Shown: in pieces, positions 19,621 to 29,568 of the stretch
How positions within the stretch are numbered: the first letter of the stretch is position 1
Layout of the letters: every line of letters starts with the position of its first letter
The notes under the pieces: generated by a model
Seen by the model: only the letters and a program-made list of their open reading frames with translations
What the model was told of the DNA's origin: nothing
The model's database searches: none
Position numbers and translations under genes: made by a program
Assembly: GCA_963730185.1 (NCBI GenBank)
Contig: CAVSQW010000008.1
Span: forward strand, 256,001-320,000
Direction: 5' to 3'
DNA length: 64,000 bases
From: an uncultured Gemmatimonadales bacterium
GTDB taxonomy: Bacteria; Gemmatimonadota; Gemmatimonadetes; Gemmatimonadales; GWC2-71-9

Positions 19621-20349
19621 ATGCTCGAGCGACTCGGCAATCTCTTCTTCCGCCGGCGGGGCCCGTTGTCGGGGGTCGTGCTGGTGTTGGTGGTCGTGGC
19701 CACGGGGGCGGCCGCCGCCTGGCGGCCGGTTTCGCCGGCGACGGGCCGGGCGGCGGACCTCCTGGGACTGGCGATCGTGCTGCTCAGCCTGACGGGGCGC
19801 GGGGTGGTGGTGGGGTACACGGCGCCCGGGACGTCGGGACGCAATCAGGAAGGGCAGGTGGCCGAGAGCCTCAACACCCGGGGCGGGTACTCCGTCGTGC
19901 GGCACCCGATCTACCTGCTCAACCTGCTGGGCTGGATCGGGATCGCCGCCCTGTCGGGGACCTGGTGGATTCCGATCGGGGCATTGGCCCTGGGGGTCGG
20001 TCTCTACGGACCGATCCTCGTCGCCGAGGACGCGTTTCTGGCTCGGCGTTTCGGCGCGGAGCATCGGGACTGGGCGGCTCTAACGCCCGCCGTGCGCCCC
20101 CGGATCGCGAGGTGGCGACGGCCCGACCGGCGCTTCTCGTGGCGGGCCGTGCTCCGCCGGGAGTATCCGTCCCTGGTGGTGACGTCGCTCGCGGCATATC
20201 TCGTTCACGCCGCCCGAGGATGGCCGGCGTGGCGGCCGGACCTCGCCGGATGGTGGACCCGGGGACTGCTGGTGGCGCTGGCCCTGGCGACTGGGCTCCG
20301 AATCGTGAGCCACACGACTCGATGGTTCGAAGCGAGAGGAGAACGATGA
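19621..20349 (+). CDS. Isoprenylcysteine-methyltransferase-family membrane protein, resembling lipid A 1-phosphate methyltransferase LmtA
   Basis: GTSGRNQEGQVAESLNTRGGYSVVRHPIY, EDAFLARRFG, FSWRAVLRREY; several TM helices. Confidence 0.7.
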   Translation: MLERLGNLFFRRRGPLSGVVLVLVVVATGAAAAWRPVSPATGRAADLLGLAIVLLSLTGRGVVVGYTAPGTSGRNQEGQVAESLNTRGGYSVVRHPIYLLNLLGWIGIAALSGTWWIPIGALALGVGLYGPILVAEDAFLARRFGAEHRDWAALTPAVRPRIARWRRPDRRFSWRAVLRREYPSLVVTSLAAYLVHAARGWPAWRPDLAGWWTRGLLVALALATGLRIVSHTTRWFEARGER

Positions 20350-21059
20350 GGTCTTGGTGGCGAGTCGGGTGGATCGGTGCGCTCCTGCTCGGGCCGGGGT
20401 CGAGTGCGGCGCAGCAGCCGGCCGTCGATACCACCGCACTGGTGGCCCCGGCGAACCTCGGGTTCGGGCGCCAGCTCTGGAAGCCGGCGCTGGTGGTTGG
20501 GGCGTCGTTCTTCGTCGACCAGGCGACCCGGGTCACCAGCCAGGACCTCCGTTCGGGGTCGACCAACGCGCTGGCGCGGATGGGGAATCGGTTCGGCGAT
20601 CCCCACTACTTCCTGCCCGCGATCGGCCTCGGCGTGGTGGGCGGATTGATCTTCCATCGGCCTGGATTGACCGAGTGGGGGGTCGAGACGGCCGAAGCCG
20701 GCGGCCTCGCCGGCGCGGCGGTGACGGTGATCAAGGAGATCGTGGGGCGACCCAGGCCGTTCCAGGGGGGCGATCCCGACCAGATCAAGCCCTTCAGCGG
20801 CTATCAGTCGTTCCCGTCGGGTCACACGACGGTGGCGGCGGCATTCGCGACCGTGCTCGCGTCGCGGGTCCGGAGCCCCTGGCTCAAGGGGCTGGTCTAC
20901 GGCGGGGCCGCGCTCACCGGGTTCGCGCGAATCAACGACGACAAACACTGGCTCTCTGACGTGCTGGTGGGCGGCTTGATCGGCCATGCGGCCGGGCGCC
21001 TGATCCTGCACCGGCACGCCCGGAAGCGGGCCGAGCACCGGGCCGGGGCCGGTCAGTAG
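20346..21059 (+). CDS. PAP2 family phosphatase
   Basis: ATGA overlap; KEIVGRPRP, SFPSGH, ARINDDKHWLSDV. Confidence 0.9.
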   Translation: MRSWWRVGWIGALLLGPGSSAAQQPAVDTTALVAPANLGFGRQLWKPALVVGASFFVDQATRVTSQDLRSGSTNALARMGNRFGDPHYFLPAIGLGVVGGLIFHRPGLTEWGVETAEAGGLAGAAVTVIKEIVGRPRPFQGGDPDQIKPFSGYQSFPSGHTTVAAAFATVLASRVRSPWLKGLVYGGAALTGFARINDDKHWLSDVLVGGLIGHAAGRLILHRHARKRAEHRAGAGQ

Positions 21060-22537
21060 GGCGCGACCGGTACCTGGCAATCGAGGGCCCGGCGAACCGC
21101 GGTCAGCAGCTCCTCCGTGGTGTAGGGCTTGACCAGAACCGTCGCACCCCGAGGCGCCTCGCCGCGGCCCGCGCCGGCGGTCCAGAGATAGGGGCCCCGA
21201 AAGCCGCGGAGGGCGAGGCGCTCGCGGATCGCGTCGCCGCTCGCGTCGGGGAGCACGGCCTCGGTGACCACCAGGCCGGTCCGCTCCGAAATCAGCTCGG
21301 CCGCGCCGCGGACGGTGTCCGCCACGCTCACCCGATAGCCTCGTTCGGCCAGGGCCCGACGCACCATCTCGCGGACCGGTCCATGGGGATCGACCACGAG
21401 AACCTGCTCCGATCCGCCCCTGGGCTCGCGGGCCGGCGGGTTCGGCGCGGGTCCGGATGGACAGGCGCCCGCCGGGAAGTAGAGCCGGACGGTGGTGCCG
21501 CGTCCGAGGGTCGTCGCCACCTGCAGGCCGCCGCAGTGCTGGCGCATCAGGCTCTGCACCATGGGCAATCCCAACCCGGTGCCGGAGCCGGGCGCTTTGG
21601 TAGTGAAGAAGGGCTCGAGCGCGTGCTCCAACGTCGCCGGCGTCATGCCGACTCCGCTGTCGGCCACCTCCAGCACCACGTAGTCGCCCGGGTGGATCGC
21701 CCCGCCGATGCCGTCGCGGGGCGCCACCTCAGTCTCCGCCGCGACCCGGATCCGAAGGGTGCCCCCGTCGGGCATGGCATCCCGGGCGTTGGTGGCCAGG
21801 TTGAGGACGATCTGTTCCAGCGATCCCCGATCACCGAGAATGGGCGGGCTGGGCTGGGTGTCGAGCTCGACCCGAACGTCGGCGGGCAGCACCCTGGTAA
21901 GGAGGGCGGCCGTCCGGCGGGCGAAGTCGTCGAGGGCAACGGGCTGCATGACCAGCGCCGATCGACGGCTCAAGCGAAGCAGCCGCTCCACCAGCTCGGC
22001 TCCGGCCTTCGCGGCTTTGATCACCGCGGCCAGGTCCTCCCGGAGGTCGAGCCGCTCCGCCGGCGTGCTCCGGGCCGCCAGCTCGGCGTGGCCGAAGATG
22101 ACGGTGAGCAGGTTGTTGAAGTCGTGGGCCATTCCTCCGGTGAGCTGGCCGAACATTTCCATCTTCTGCGACTGGCGCAGCTGCTCCTCGAGGCGGTGCT
22201 GGTCCGTCAGGTCCTGCACCAGCAGAGTGACCCCACCCGCCGCGGAGGGCCAGCTCGAGATCCGCACCGCCACCGGCCCGCCCGTGGCCCGGGGCCAGTC
22301 GGCCAGGAGCGATTCGCCGGCGGACAGCCGCGCGAGCTCGTCCGCCCCGGGGACGATCCGACCGAGCTCGGGCAGATCCACCGGCGCGTCGGTGCCGAGG
22401 CCGAGCAGCTGCTTGAGAGCTCGGTTGGCGAAGGCGATCCGGCCACCGGGGTGGAGCTGGACGACGCCGCAGGGGAGGAGATCGGCGTCGATCGCTGGCG
22501 GGCAGGGGGGGGCCGGGTTGTCCACCGAGTCGGGCAC
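21053..22537 (-). CDS. Cytoplasmic hybrid histidine kinase (PAS-HisKA-HATPase-atypical REC)
   Basis: [12 protein letters not shown]-box; [27 protein letters not shown]; receiver reads LVVTEAVLP. Confidence 0.9.
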   Translation of the reverse strand: MPDSVDNPAPPCPPAIDADLLPCGVVQLHPGGRIAFANRALKQLLGLGTDAPVDLPELGRIVPGADELARLSAGESLLADWPRATGGPVAVRISSWPSAAGGVTLLVQDLTDQHRLEEQLRQSQKMEMFGQLTGGMAHDFNNLLTVIFGHAELAARSTPAERLDLREDLAAVIKAAKAGAELVERLLRLSRRSALVMQPVALDDFARRTAALLTRVLPADVRVELDTQPSPPILGDRGSLEQIVLNLATNARDAMPDGGTLRIRVAAETEVAPRDGIGGAIHPGDYVVLEVADSGVGMTPATLEHALEPFFTTKAPGSGTGLGLPMVQSLMRQHCGGLQVATTLGRGTTVRLYFPAGACPSGPAPNPPAREPRGGSEQVLVVDPHGPVREMVRRALAERGYRVSVADTVRGAAELISERTGLVVTEAVLPDASGDAIRERLALRGFRGPYLWTAGAGRGEAPRGATVLVKPYTTEELLTAVRRALDCQVPVAPY

Positions 22538-22639
22538 GACATCGTCCTGGCGATGGGGCCAAAAAGAAAGGGCGCGAGCAGCGTCCGATCGAATCGGCGA
22601 GTTCGCGCCTGGCGCCTTGCGACGCGCTTCGTCGCCCGG

Positions 22640-24592
22640 TCAGGTAGTGGCGTCGCAATATCCGTCCTCGGTCGGTTCGGGCGCAACCGGGGCGGGGGTG
22701 GCGTCCGGGCCCAGATGGCGGAGCAGCACGGCTTCCAGTGCGGCGGTCTCGAGTGGAATCGACAGAAAGTCGTCCATCCCGGCCGCCAGGCAGCGGATCC
22801 GGTCGGACGGCTCGGTGAGGCCGGTCAAGGCGATGATCAGGTGACGCCGGTCCCATTCGTCCTCGAGCTCCCGGAGGCGGGTGGTCGTCTCGAACCCGTC
22901 CAATACCGGCATCAGGCAGTCGAGGAGCACGACCTCGAAGCCGAGCGTCGAGAGCGTGGTCAGCGCGTCGGCTCCGTTGGCCGCGAAGGCCACGTGCATC
23001 CCGAGTCGCTCCAGCGTCCGGCCGGCGATCCGTCGATTGATCGGGTTGTCATCGACCACCAGGACCCGTCGTCCCTGGAGGGCGGCCAATCCGTCCGCGT
23101 GGCTCGGTCGGGGCGGCGGTCCCTTGGGGATGAGCCGTTCCACGGCCTGGCGGAGCTGCGACTCCCGGACCGGGCGCCGGAGGCGCTCGACCCGTCGGTT
23201 GGGCGGGAGGCCCAACGGGTCCCGGCCCCCGCCGGTCGAGAGCACGCCTACCGGACAGCTGCCCAGAGCGGCGATGAGGGGCGCGGCATCGAATCGCTCG
23301 GGTTCGTGACCGACGATCGCGGCGGCGAGCGGAGGGCGGTCGGCCTGACGAAACCACCGCGCGGCGGCGTCGACGCCGTTCACCAGGATGGTCCTGGCGC
23401 CCCATCCCTGGAGCATGAGCGCCACCGCCACCGCGGTCTGGCGGTGCGGCTCGGCGATCAGCACGGTCCGCCCGGCGAGGGCTGGGGTCGCCGCCTGGGC
23501 CCGTCTCTCCGCGACCGCCAGCGGCAGCTCGACCCAGAAGGTCGCGCCGATGGCCCGGGGCGGGTCGAGTCCCAGGCGTCCCCCCAGGAGTGAGGCGAGC
23601 TGGTGCGAGATCGCGAGGCCGAGGCCGGTCCCGCTCTGCGAGGCGCCGGCCGTGGCGCCGGCCTGGACGAATCGGGCGAAGAGTCGGCCGCGGACCGCCT
23701 CCGGTACGCCCGGCCCCGTGTCCTCCACCTCGATCCGCACCCACGGAAGGGTGTCTTCAGCCGGTCGGCTGGTCACCCGAACCACGACGTGCCCGTCGGT
23801 GGTGAACTTGACGGCGTTGCCCACCAGGTTGAGCGCGATCTGGCGGATCCGTCCCTGGTCGCCGACGACCATTCGCGGGACGGTGGGGTCGAAGTGAAGG
23901 GCCAGGTCGAGCCCCCGTCGATACGCTTCTGGCGCCATCAGGTCGAGACCGTCCTCGAGCATGGTGCGGAGATCGAACGCCACCGGGCTGAGTGTCAGTC
24001 GACCCGCTTCGAGCTTGGCAAAGTCCAGGACGTCGTTCACCAGCCGGAGCAGGAGCTCGGTCGACTGCCGGACCATGCCCAGGTACTCGGCCTGTTCGGA
24101 GTCGAGATCGGTCTCGAAGAGGAGATCGAGCACGCCCCGGATGCCGTTCATGGGCGTCCGGATTTCGTGGCTCACCGTGGCGATGAATTCGCGACGGATC
24201 TGGTCGGCCGCGGCGGCCTGGGCCTCCTTGGCTTCCACGTCGGCGAGGACGCGCTGCAGGTCACGACCGCCGAGCCGTTCGCTGTCGGGGTCGCGCACGA
24301 TCACGATCGTGTGCCGGACGCCGTCATGGGTCACGGTGGCGACCGTCGCGTCGGCGGCGAAACGGGTGCCGTTCCGGCGGTGCGCCGGGATCGTCTGCCG
24401 CGGCGAAGCGGCCTCGTCAGCGATGGTGGGAAAGAGCTCGCTGAGGGGCCGGCCCGCGGCCTCGACCGCCGACAGGCCGAAGATCCGCTCGGCGGAGCGG
24501 TTGAAGACCACGATCCGATGACCGTCGTTCGCCACGACCACCGCGTCCGGCGACTGGTGAACTGCGGCCGACAAGAGTCGCCCATCCGACAT
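22640..24592 (-). CDS. Cytoplasmic hybrid histidine kinase (PAS-HisKA-HATPase-degenerate REC-REC)
   Basis: [33 protein letters not shown]-terminal REC VLVVDDN...[11 protein letters not shown]...AGMDDFL. Confidence 0.92.
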   Translation of the reverse strand: MSDGRLLSAAVHQSPDAVVVANDGHRIVVFNRSAERIFGLSAVEAAGRPLSELFPTIADEAASPRQTIPAHRRNGTRFAADATVATVTHDGVRHTIVIVRDPDSERLGGRDLQRVLADVEAKEAQAAAADQIRREFIATVSHEIRTPMNGIRGVLDLLFETDLDSEQAEYLGMVRQSTELLLRLVNDVLDFAKLEAGRLTLSPVAFDLRTMLEDGLDLMAPEAYRRGLDLALHFDPTVPRMVVGDQGRIRQIALNLVGNAVKFTTDGHVVVRVTSRPAEDTLPWVRIEVEDTGPGVPEAVRGRLFARFVQAGATAGASQSGTGLGLAISHQLASLLGGRLGLDPPRAIGATFWVELPLAVAERRAQAATPALAGRTVLIAEPHRQTAVAVALMLQGWGARTILVNGVDAAARWFRQADRPPLAAAIVGHEPERFDAAPLIAALGSCPVGVLSTGGGRDPLGLPPNRRVERLRRPVRESQLRQAVERLIPKGPPPRPSHADGLAALQGRRVLVVDDNPINRRIAGRTLERLGMHVAFAANGADALTTLSTLGFEVVLLDCLMPVLDGFETTTRLRELEDEWDRRHLIIALTGLTEPSDRIRCLAAGMDDFLSIPLETAALEAVLLRHLGPDATPAPVAPEPTEDGYCDATT

Positions 24593-24727
24593 CTGCGTCA
24601 GGCTCCGGGTTCCGAGAATGCTGAAGGCACGAACCGGGCCGACCGACTCGTGCCTTCTCCTGGCGAGGGCGCGCTCCCCTCGGTCGACGGGACGCGGCCA
24701 CCGAACCTCGAGCCGCGCCCAAGCCCA

Positions 24728-25504
24728 TCAATGACTATCGGCCGGACCAGCGAGGGGCTTGAGCCCCGGGTGCCGCTCGGACGCGATCACGGCCTCGAGC
24801 CGGCGGCGGAGCTCGGCGAGCTGCTTCGATTTGAAGGCGGTCTTGGTCTCCTCCAGGACGGCGACGGTGTCCTCGAGGGCGGCGAGGAGCCGCTGCTGGC
24901 GAGGGCAGTTCAGCAGGTGGCAGGCGCTTCGCTCGGCGGTCCCCTGGGTGAGCGCGCCGGTCAGGTTGCGAACGTCGCGCATGGTCCCGACCACGTTCCG
25001 GAGCGCGCTGTCGATGAAGCCGGCGACGGCCACCCCGGACGGCGCGAGGGTTCCCACGGTCTGTTCGAAGAGCTCCAGCTCCTGCTTCCACCGGCTGGCC
25101 CGCTGTCGCGCCGCCGTGAGCGCCCTGACCGCATGGCGGTCGGCCACGGCGCGGTCGGCGTGACCGATCAGCTCCTCGAAGTCCAGCGGCTTGACCAGAT
25201 ACGCCACCACCGGGAGCCGGATGGCCGAGACCGCTGTGGTCAGGCTGGGATAGCCGGTGACCAGAATCACCGGCGTCCCCGGCCGGATCCGCTCCAGGTG
25301 AGCGACCAGGGCCAGGTCGGCGTTCCCCGCCATCCGGATGTCGGTCACGATCAGATCGAAGTCGTGCCGATCCAGCAGCTCGATCGCTTCGGTTCCGGAC
25401 CGGGCGACCTCCGCCGCCATGCCCCGGCTCCGGAACAGGTCGGCGGTCGACAGCAGAAAGGTCTCTTCGTCGTCGGCGATCAGAACTCGGGTCTGGTCTT
25501 CCAT
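24728..25504 (-). CDS. Response regulator with unassigned helical C-terminal domain
   Basis: VLIADDE, IVTDIRMAG, VTGYPS, YLVKP; C-terminus lacks a recognisable HTH and contains CHLLNCP. Confidence 0.88.
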   Translation of the reverse strand: MEDQTRVLIADDEETFLLSTADLFRSRGMAAEVARSGTEAIELLDRHDFDLIVTDIRMAGNADLALVAHLERIRPGTPVILVTGYPSLTTAVSAIRLPVVAYLVKPLDFEELIGHADRAVADRHAVRALTAARQRASRWKQELELFEQTVGTLAPSGVAVAGFIDSALRNVVGTMRDVRNLTGALTQGTAERSACHLLNCPRQQRLLAALEDTVAVLEETKTAFKSKQLAELRRRLEAVIASERHPGLKPLAGPADSH

Positions 25505-25511
25505 CGGGGCG

Positions 25512-27866
25512 CTACTCCCCTCGGGTGGATGGACGGGTGGTCGGGAGAAACACGGAGAAGCGGGCCCCGCCCGTCGGGCCGCTCGAGTGGCCGATCGTGC
25601 CGCCCATGGCCTCGATCAGACCACGGGCGGTCGGCAGGCCGAGCCCGAGCCCGCCGGTGAGTAGGCCGCTCTTGGTGGTGAAAAACGGCTCGAAGATGCG
25701 CTCGCCCAAGCCCAGGTCCACCCCGGGGCCGTCGTCTTCGACGTCGAGCGCCACGCCGCCCGCTGCCTCATGGGCCGAGATCCGGATCGTGCCGCCGTTG
25801 GGCGAGGCTTCGATGGCGTTCTGGAGCAGGTTGAGGAGGACCGGGCGGACCATTGCCTCCGACTGCTGGACCGCCAGCGAATCCAACCCGCTCAGTCTGA
25901 CGTCGAGCCGCTGCTCGGCCAGGCTCCGCTCGAGGAGCGTCAGGACGTCTTCCAGAACCGCGCCCAGCTCCACCCGGCCCACCGTTGCCGGCGCGGGGCG
26001 ATAGAGGTCGAACATCTGGCGGACGATCGCGGCGATCCGGTCGATCTCCCGCTCGATCCGGGCCACGTAGTGGAAGTGCGGGTGGGTCGGCGAGACGGCC
26101 GACTTCACCAGCTGGAAGGCGTTGCGGATGCCGCCGAGCGGGTTGTTGATCTCGTGCGCGACCCGGGCGGCCATCCGGCCGGTGGCCGCGAGCTTCTCGC
26201 TCTCCTGCAACCGCCGGCTGGTTCGGCGGATCTCGGTGACGTCGGTCGCCACCAGCAGTACGTAGGCCGGCTGGCCGTCGGGCCCGGCGATCGGCCGTTT
26301 CGTGGCGCTCATGGTGCGGGGCCCGGCGGGGGTGTCGATCGTCTGCTCCGGCAGGACCAACGGTTCGTCCGTGGCCAGCACCCGCTGATCCTCGGCCAGC
26401 CGGCGCCCGCACTCCTCCGGGTCGGGACAAAGGGCGCGGTAGGACCGACCTTCGAGGTCGGCCGCGGTCGCCCCGCGGGCGGCGGCCTGCGCCGCATTGA
26501 TCAGGACGATCCGTCCTTCGACGTCGGTGACGAGGATGAAGCTGGGGTTGGCGTCGATCAGCTGGCGGAGGAAGATCTCGGTGGTGCGCCGTTGTTGGAC
26601 CTCGCCGTGGAGCCGCCGATTGGCGGCTTCCAGCTCGGTCGTTCGAACCCGGACCAGCTCCTCCAGCGAATGGTGGGACCGGGCCAGCTCGTCCTCCGCG
26701 GCGCGCCGGGCGGTGACGTCGCCGATGAACCCGCCGACCATCCGAGGGCGGCCGTCCGGTCCGGGAATGGGGAAACCGCGCACCGAGAGCCAGGTCGTGG
26801 CCCCCGACTCCCGGGCCAGCCGGAGCTCGACGGTGGCGGCCGCGCCCTCGCGGAGCGTCGCCACCCAGGTGTCCAGGGCGGGGCGATCGTCGGCGGTCAC
26901 CGCGGCGCGGAACCCCTCGGGCCAGGCCCCGAAGTCGACCGGAGTGCCGGTGATTCGCTCCCAGGCCTCGCTGAGGAAGAGGATCCGGTTCAGGTCGGGC
27001 GATGCCATGAACAGCGCCTGGTCGGCGTGCTCGGCGAAGGCCCGAAACCGCGCCTCGGTGGCCCGGAGCTGCTCCAGCGCCTCGACCTCCGGGGAGATGT
27101 CGGTGAACATCCCGAGGGCGCCCGCGAACGAGCCGTCGAGGCTGGGCAGCGGATTGGCGGCGATCCGGCAGTGGATCCGGTTGCCGGACCGTGCCAGCAG
27201 GCTCAGGTCGTATTCCTCCGAGCGTCCTTCCCGCCGGCGTCTGGTATGCTCCTCGAAGACTGCCCGGTCTTCGGACGCCACCAGCTCCGCGAAGGGACGG
27301 CCGATGAGCTCGGTGATCTGATACCCCACCATGCGGGCGAACCGGCGATTGGCGAAGGTGAATCGAAAGTCCGGACTCACGGTCACGACGCCCTCGCGGG
27401 CGGTTTCGAGCAGCCGCCGGTACTCGATCTCGGTCTCGCGGAGGGTGGCCTCGACCGCCATCCGGTCGCTGACGTCGACCGTGACCCCCGCGATCAGCTC
27501 GGGCACCCCGACCGGGTCGCGCTCCAGCACGGCGCTCGTGGTATGGAGCCAACGCCAGCGGCCGTCGGCGTGGCGGACCCGATAGGTATGGTGCCAGTGG
27601 AGTGCGTCGACCGAAGACACCGGGCGGCGAAGGCCCCGTTCGATCGGAGGCCAATCCTCGGGATGGACGATCTCCCGGGCAAAGGCGAGCCCCCCGGCAA
27701 GAAAGCGCTCGCTGGGATAGCCGAGGATCGGCCGGGTGGCGCTGCTGACGAACCGGTAGCCCCAGCGCGGCACGTCGACGACTGCGGTGATCGCGGGGAG
27801 GAGGTCCGCGAGGCCGTTGGGGTCGAGCAGGCGATTGGGGAGCTCGTCTTGATCGGTTGCGGCCAT
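25512..27866 (-). CDS. Multi-PAS (about four) cytoplasmic histidine kinase
   Basis: PAS/PAC repeats (VHPED...YRVRHADGRWRW; ANRRF; INAAQ); VAHEINNPL, NLLQNAIEA, DDGPG, FFTTK, GLGLGL. Confidence 0.92.
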   Translation of the reverse strand: MAATDQDELPNRLLDPNGLADLLPAITAVVDVPRWGYRFVSSATRPILGYPSERFLAGGLAFAREIVHPEDWPPIERGLRRPVSSVDALHWHHTYRVRHADGRWRWLHTTSAVLERDPVGVPELIAGVTVDVSDRMAVEATLRETEIEYRRLLETAREGVVTVSPDFRFTFANRRFARMVGYQITELIGRPFAELVASEDRAVFEEHTRRRREGRSEEYDLSLLARSGNRIHCRIAANPLPSLDGSFAGALGMFTDISPEVEALEQLRATEARFRAFAEHADQALFMASPDLNRILFLSEAWERITGTPVDFGAWPEGFRAAVTADDRPALDTWVATLREGAAATVELRLARESGATTWLSVRGFPIPGPDGRPRMVGGFIGDVTARRAAEDELARSHHSLEELVRVRTTELEAANRRLHGEVQQRRTTEIFLRQLIDANPSFILVTDVEGRIVLINAAQAAARGATAADLEGRSYRALCPDPEECGRRLAEDQRVLATDEPLVLPEQTIDTPAGPRTMSATKRPIAGPDGQPAYVLLVATDVTEIRRTSRRLQESEKLAATGRMAARVAHEINNPLGGIRNAFQLVKSAVSPTHPHFHYVARIEREIDRIAAIVRQMFDLYRPAPATVGRVELGAVLEDVLTLLERSLAEQRLDVRLSGLDSLAVQQSEAMVRPVLLNLLQNAIEASPNGGTIRISAHEAAGGVALDVEDDGPGVDLGLGERIFEPFFTTKSGLLTGGLGLGLPTARGLIEAMGGTIGHSSGPTGGARFSVFLPTTRPSTRGE

Positions 27867-28033
27867 GGGTGGGTCTCCGATCGAGCTGGCTAGGGACAAA
27901 TGGCCCTAGCCAATTGCATGCAAATATGTACTCCGATGGCGCTGGGATCAAGCCGACCCGGGTTGGCGCCCCGGGTGCCATAGTCCGGTGCGTCGAGCCA
28001 CGGTTAGGCCGCGCCGGCGGGGTTCCGGCGGTT

Positions 28034-28393
28034 TCAGGCCTCGGCGGGCCGGGAGGGCAGCGAGTGGTCGGCGACGACCAACTCGAAATGGTCGGTGTGG
28101 AGGTCCTTCCGGACCAGGAAGGCCTCGTCCTCGGGGTAGAAGCGGGCCCGGCCGGGGTCGTCACCGGCGAAGCGGCGGACGGCCTCCATCGATTCCCAGA
28201 GCGACAGGGTGAGGAATTCCGTTTCGGGGCCGGCCTCCCTCCGGAAGAGGAGGAAGCCGCGGTTGCCCGGGGTTCGCCGGGACTCCGCCATGCCGGTATC
28301 GGCGACGTACCGCTCGTAGCGGTCCGCGTCGGTGGCGCTGGTCACGCCGTGCCAGGTGCGGGCGATCAGCCCCCGGTCGGGGCCCTCAGCCAC
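28034..28393 (-). CDS. Antibiotic biosynthesis monooxygenase (ABM)-fold protein
   Basis: IARTWHG, TPGNRG, FLTLSLWESMEAVRRFAG, ARFYPEDEAFL; GTG start overlapping the upstream stop. Confidence 0.8.
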   Translation of the reverse strand: MAEGPDRGLIARTWHGVTSATDADRYERYVADTGMAESRRTPGNRGFLLFRREAGPETEFLTLSLWESMEAVRRFAGDDPGRARFYPEDEAFLVRKDLHTDHFELVVADHSLPSRPAEA

Positions 28394-28868
28394 GGAGCGC
28401 CCGCTTGAGCAGGCCGATCTGACCGGCGTGGTAGGCGTCGTGCTGGAGAATGCCCATCGCGGCCTGCCAGCCGGTGTCCGGCGTGGCGACGCCGGGGCGG
28501 GTGTCGCGGGTGAGTTGGTCGAGGCCCTCGTCGCCCAGCCGCCGAACCTCGGCGAGCAGCTCCCGGTGGGCCTCCTCGAGTGCCGCGCGAACCTCACGCC
28601 AGCCGCCCTCCCGGTCGGACGGCACCGCGGGCCAGTCTCCCTGGGACGGTGAACCCGCCGACTGGCCCCGGAGCCGGGCGGCAACCTCTCGCTTCCATCC
28701 GGCCAGGTGGAGTGCCAGCTCGAAGATGCTGTGAGCCGCCCCGATCGGGCGGGCCGCAGCCTCGGCGGCCGTGACGTCGGCGACGAGCGTCTTCAGGGGG
28801 CGGTCGTGCCAGGGCTCGCCGTCATAGGCTCTGGTCAACTGATCGATGAGGCGGTCGGTGGCGGTCAT
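28386..28868 (-). CDS. DinB family protein
   Basis: GEPWH, AHSIFELALHL, GILQHDAYHAGQIGLL His triad. Confidence 0.9.
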   Translation of the reverse strand: MTATDRLIDQLTRAYDGEPWHDRPLKTLVADVTAAEAAARPIGAAHSIFELALHLAGWKREVAARLRGQSAGSPSQGDWPAVPSDREGGWREVRAALEEAHRELLAEVRRLGDEGLDQLTRDTRPGVATPDTGWQAAMGILQHDAYHAGQIGLLKRALRG

Positions 28869-28884
28869 GGTCCCCTGTCGCGTA

Positions 28885-28912
28885 TTACCATTAAAACCTA
28901 ATATACTGGTAA
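28885..28912. promoter_or_regulatory. AT-rich inverted repeat, putative operator between dinB-like and CGNR genes
   Basis: TTACCAtTA-N10-TAcTGGTAA in the divergent intergenic region. Confidence 0.6.
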
Positions 28913-28956
28913 GAGTCGTCTCTCGCCACCCAAACCGGATCCGCTATGATTCGAGG

Positions 28957-29565
28957 ATGACAGTCTCCCGCTTTCGGTTCGTCGGTGGCCAGTTGGTCGC
29001 CGACTTCGTCAACACCGTCGACTGGGGCGAGCCCGGCGTGCCGTTCGAAAGCGAGCGGCTGGCTGCGCCGGAGGGGTGGCGCGCGTGGCTCGAGGCGGCG
29101 GGGGTGGTGAGCGTCGCCGGGGCGCGCCGTCTGGTGGTGGAGGGACGCTCGGCCGAGCGGGCCCTCAAGCAGGTGCATGCGACCCGAGCGCTGATGCACC
29201 GGATCCTGACCGCGCTGGGCCGGGGGCGGGTGTTGGCCCCGGATGACCGCGCGGCGTTGGCCCGGCTGGCGGCGGGGGCGGCGAGCCGGCGGCGGTTGGA
29301 GGTCAGGGCGTCGGGCGCCGAATGGCGGTGGGAGCCGGACCCTGGTCGGCCGGAACGCTGGCTCCATCCAGTTGTGTGGGATGCGGCCGATCTGCTTGCC
29401 GGCCCGGATCGGGCCCGAATCCGGGTGTGCGACGGACCCCGGTGCGGTTGGGTGTTCGTGGACCGGAGCCGGAACGGTCGCCGGCGCTGGTGCGCGATGG
29501 ATCTGTGCGGTAGCCGCGCCAAGGCCCGGGCCTACTACGCCCGGACCCGGCGGGGGAACCGTTAG
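28957..29565 (+). CDS. ABATE / CGNR zinc-finger domain regulator
   Basis: DFVNT motif; CDGPRCGWVFVDRSRNGRRRWCAMDLCGSRAK. Confidence 0.92.
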   Translation: MTVSRFRFVGGQLVADFVNTVDWGEPGVPFESERLAAPEGWRAWLEAAGVVSVAGARRLVVEGRSAERALKQVHATRALMHRILTALGRGRVLAPDDRAALARLAAGAASRRRLEVRASGAEWRWEPDPGRPERWLHPVVWDAADLLAGPDRARIRVCDGPRCGWVFVDRSRNGRRRWCAMDLCGSRAKARAYYARTRRGNR

Positions 29566-29568
29566 TGG

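Noticed and set aside
27901..27917. Possible sigma54 promoter TGGC...TTGC on the plus strand
   Set aside because: GG-to-GC spacing is 14 rather than 12, and it points away from the adjacent kinase gene
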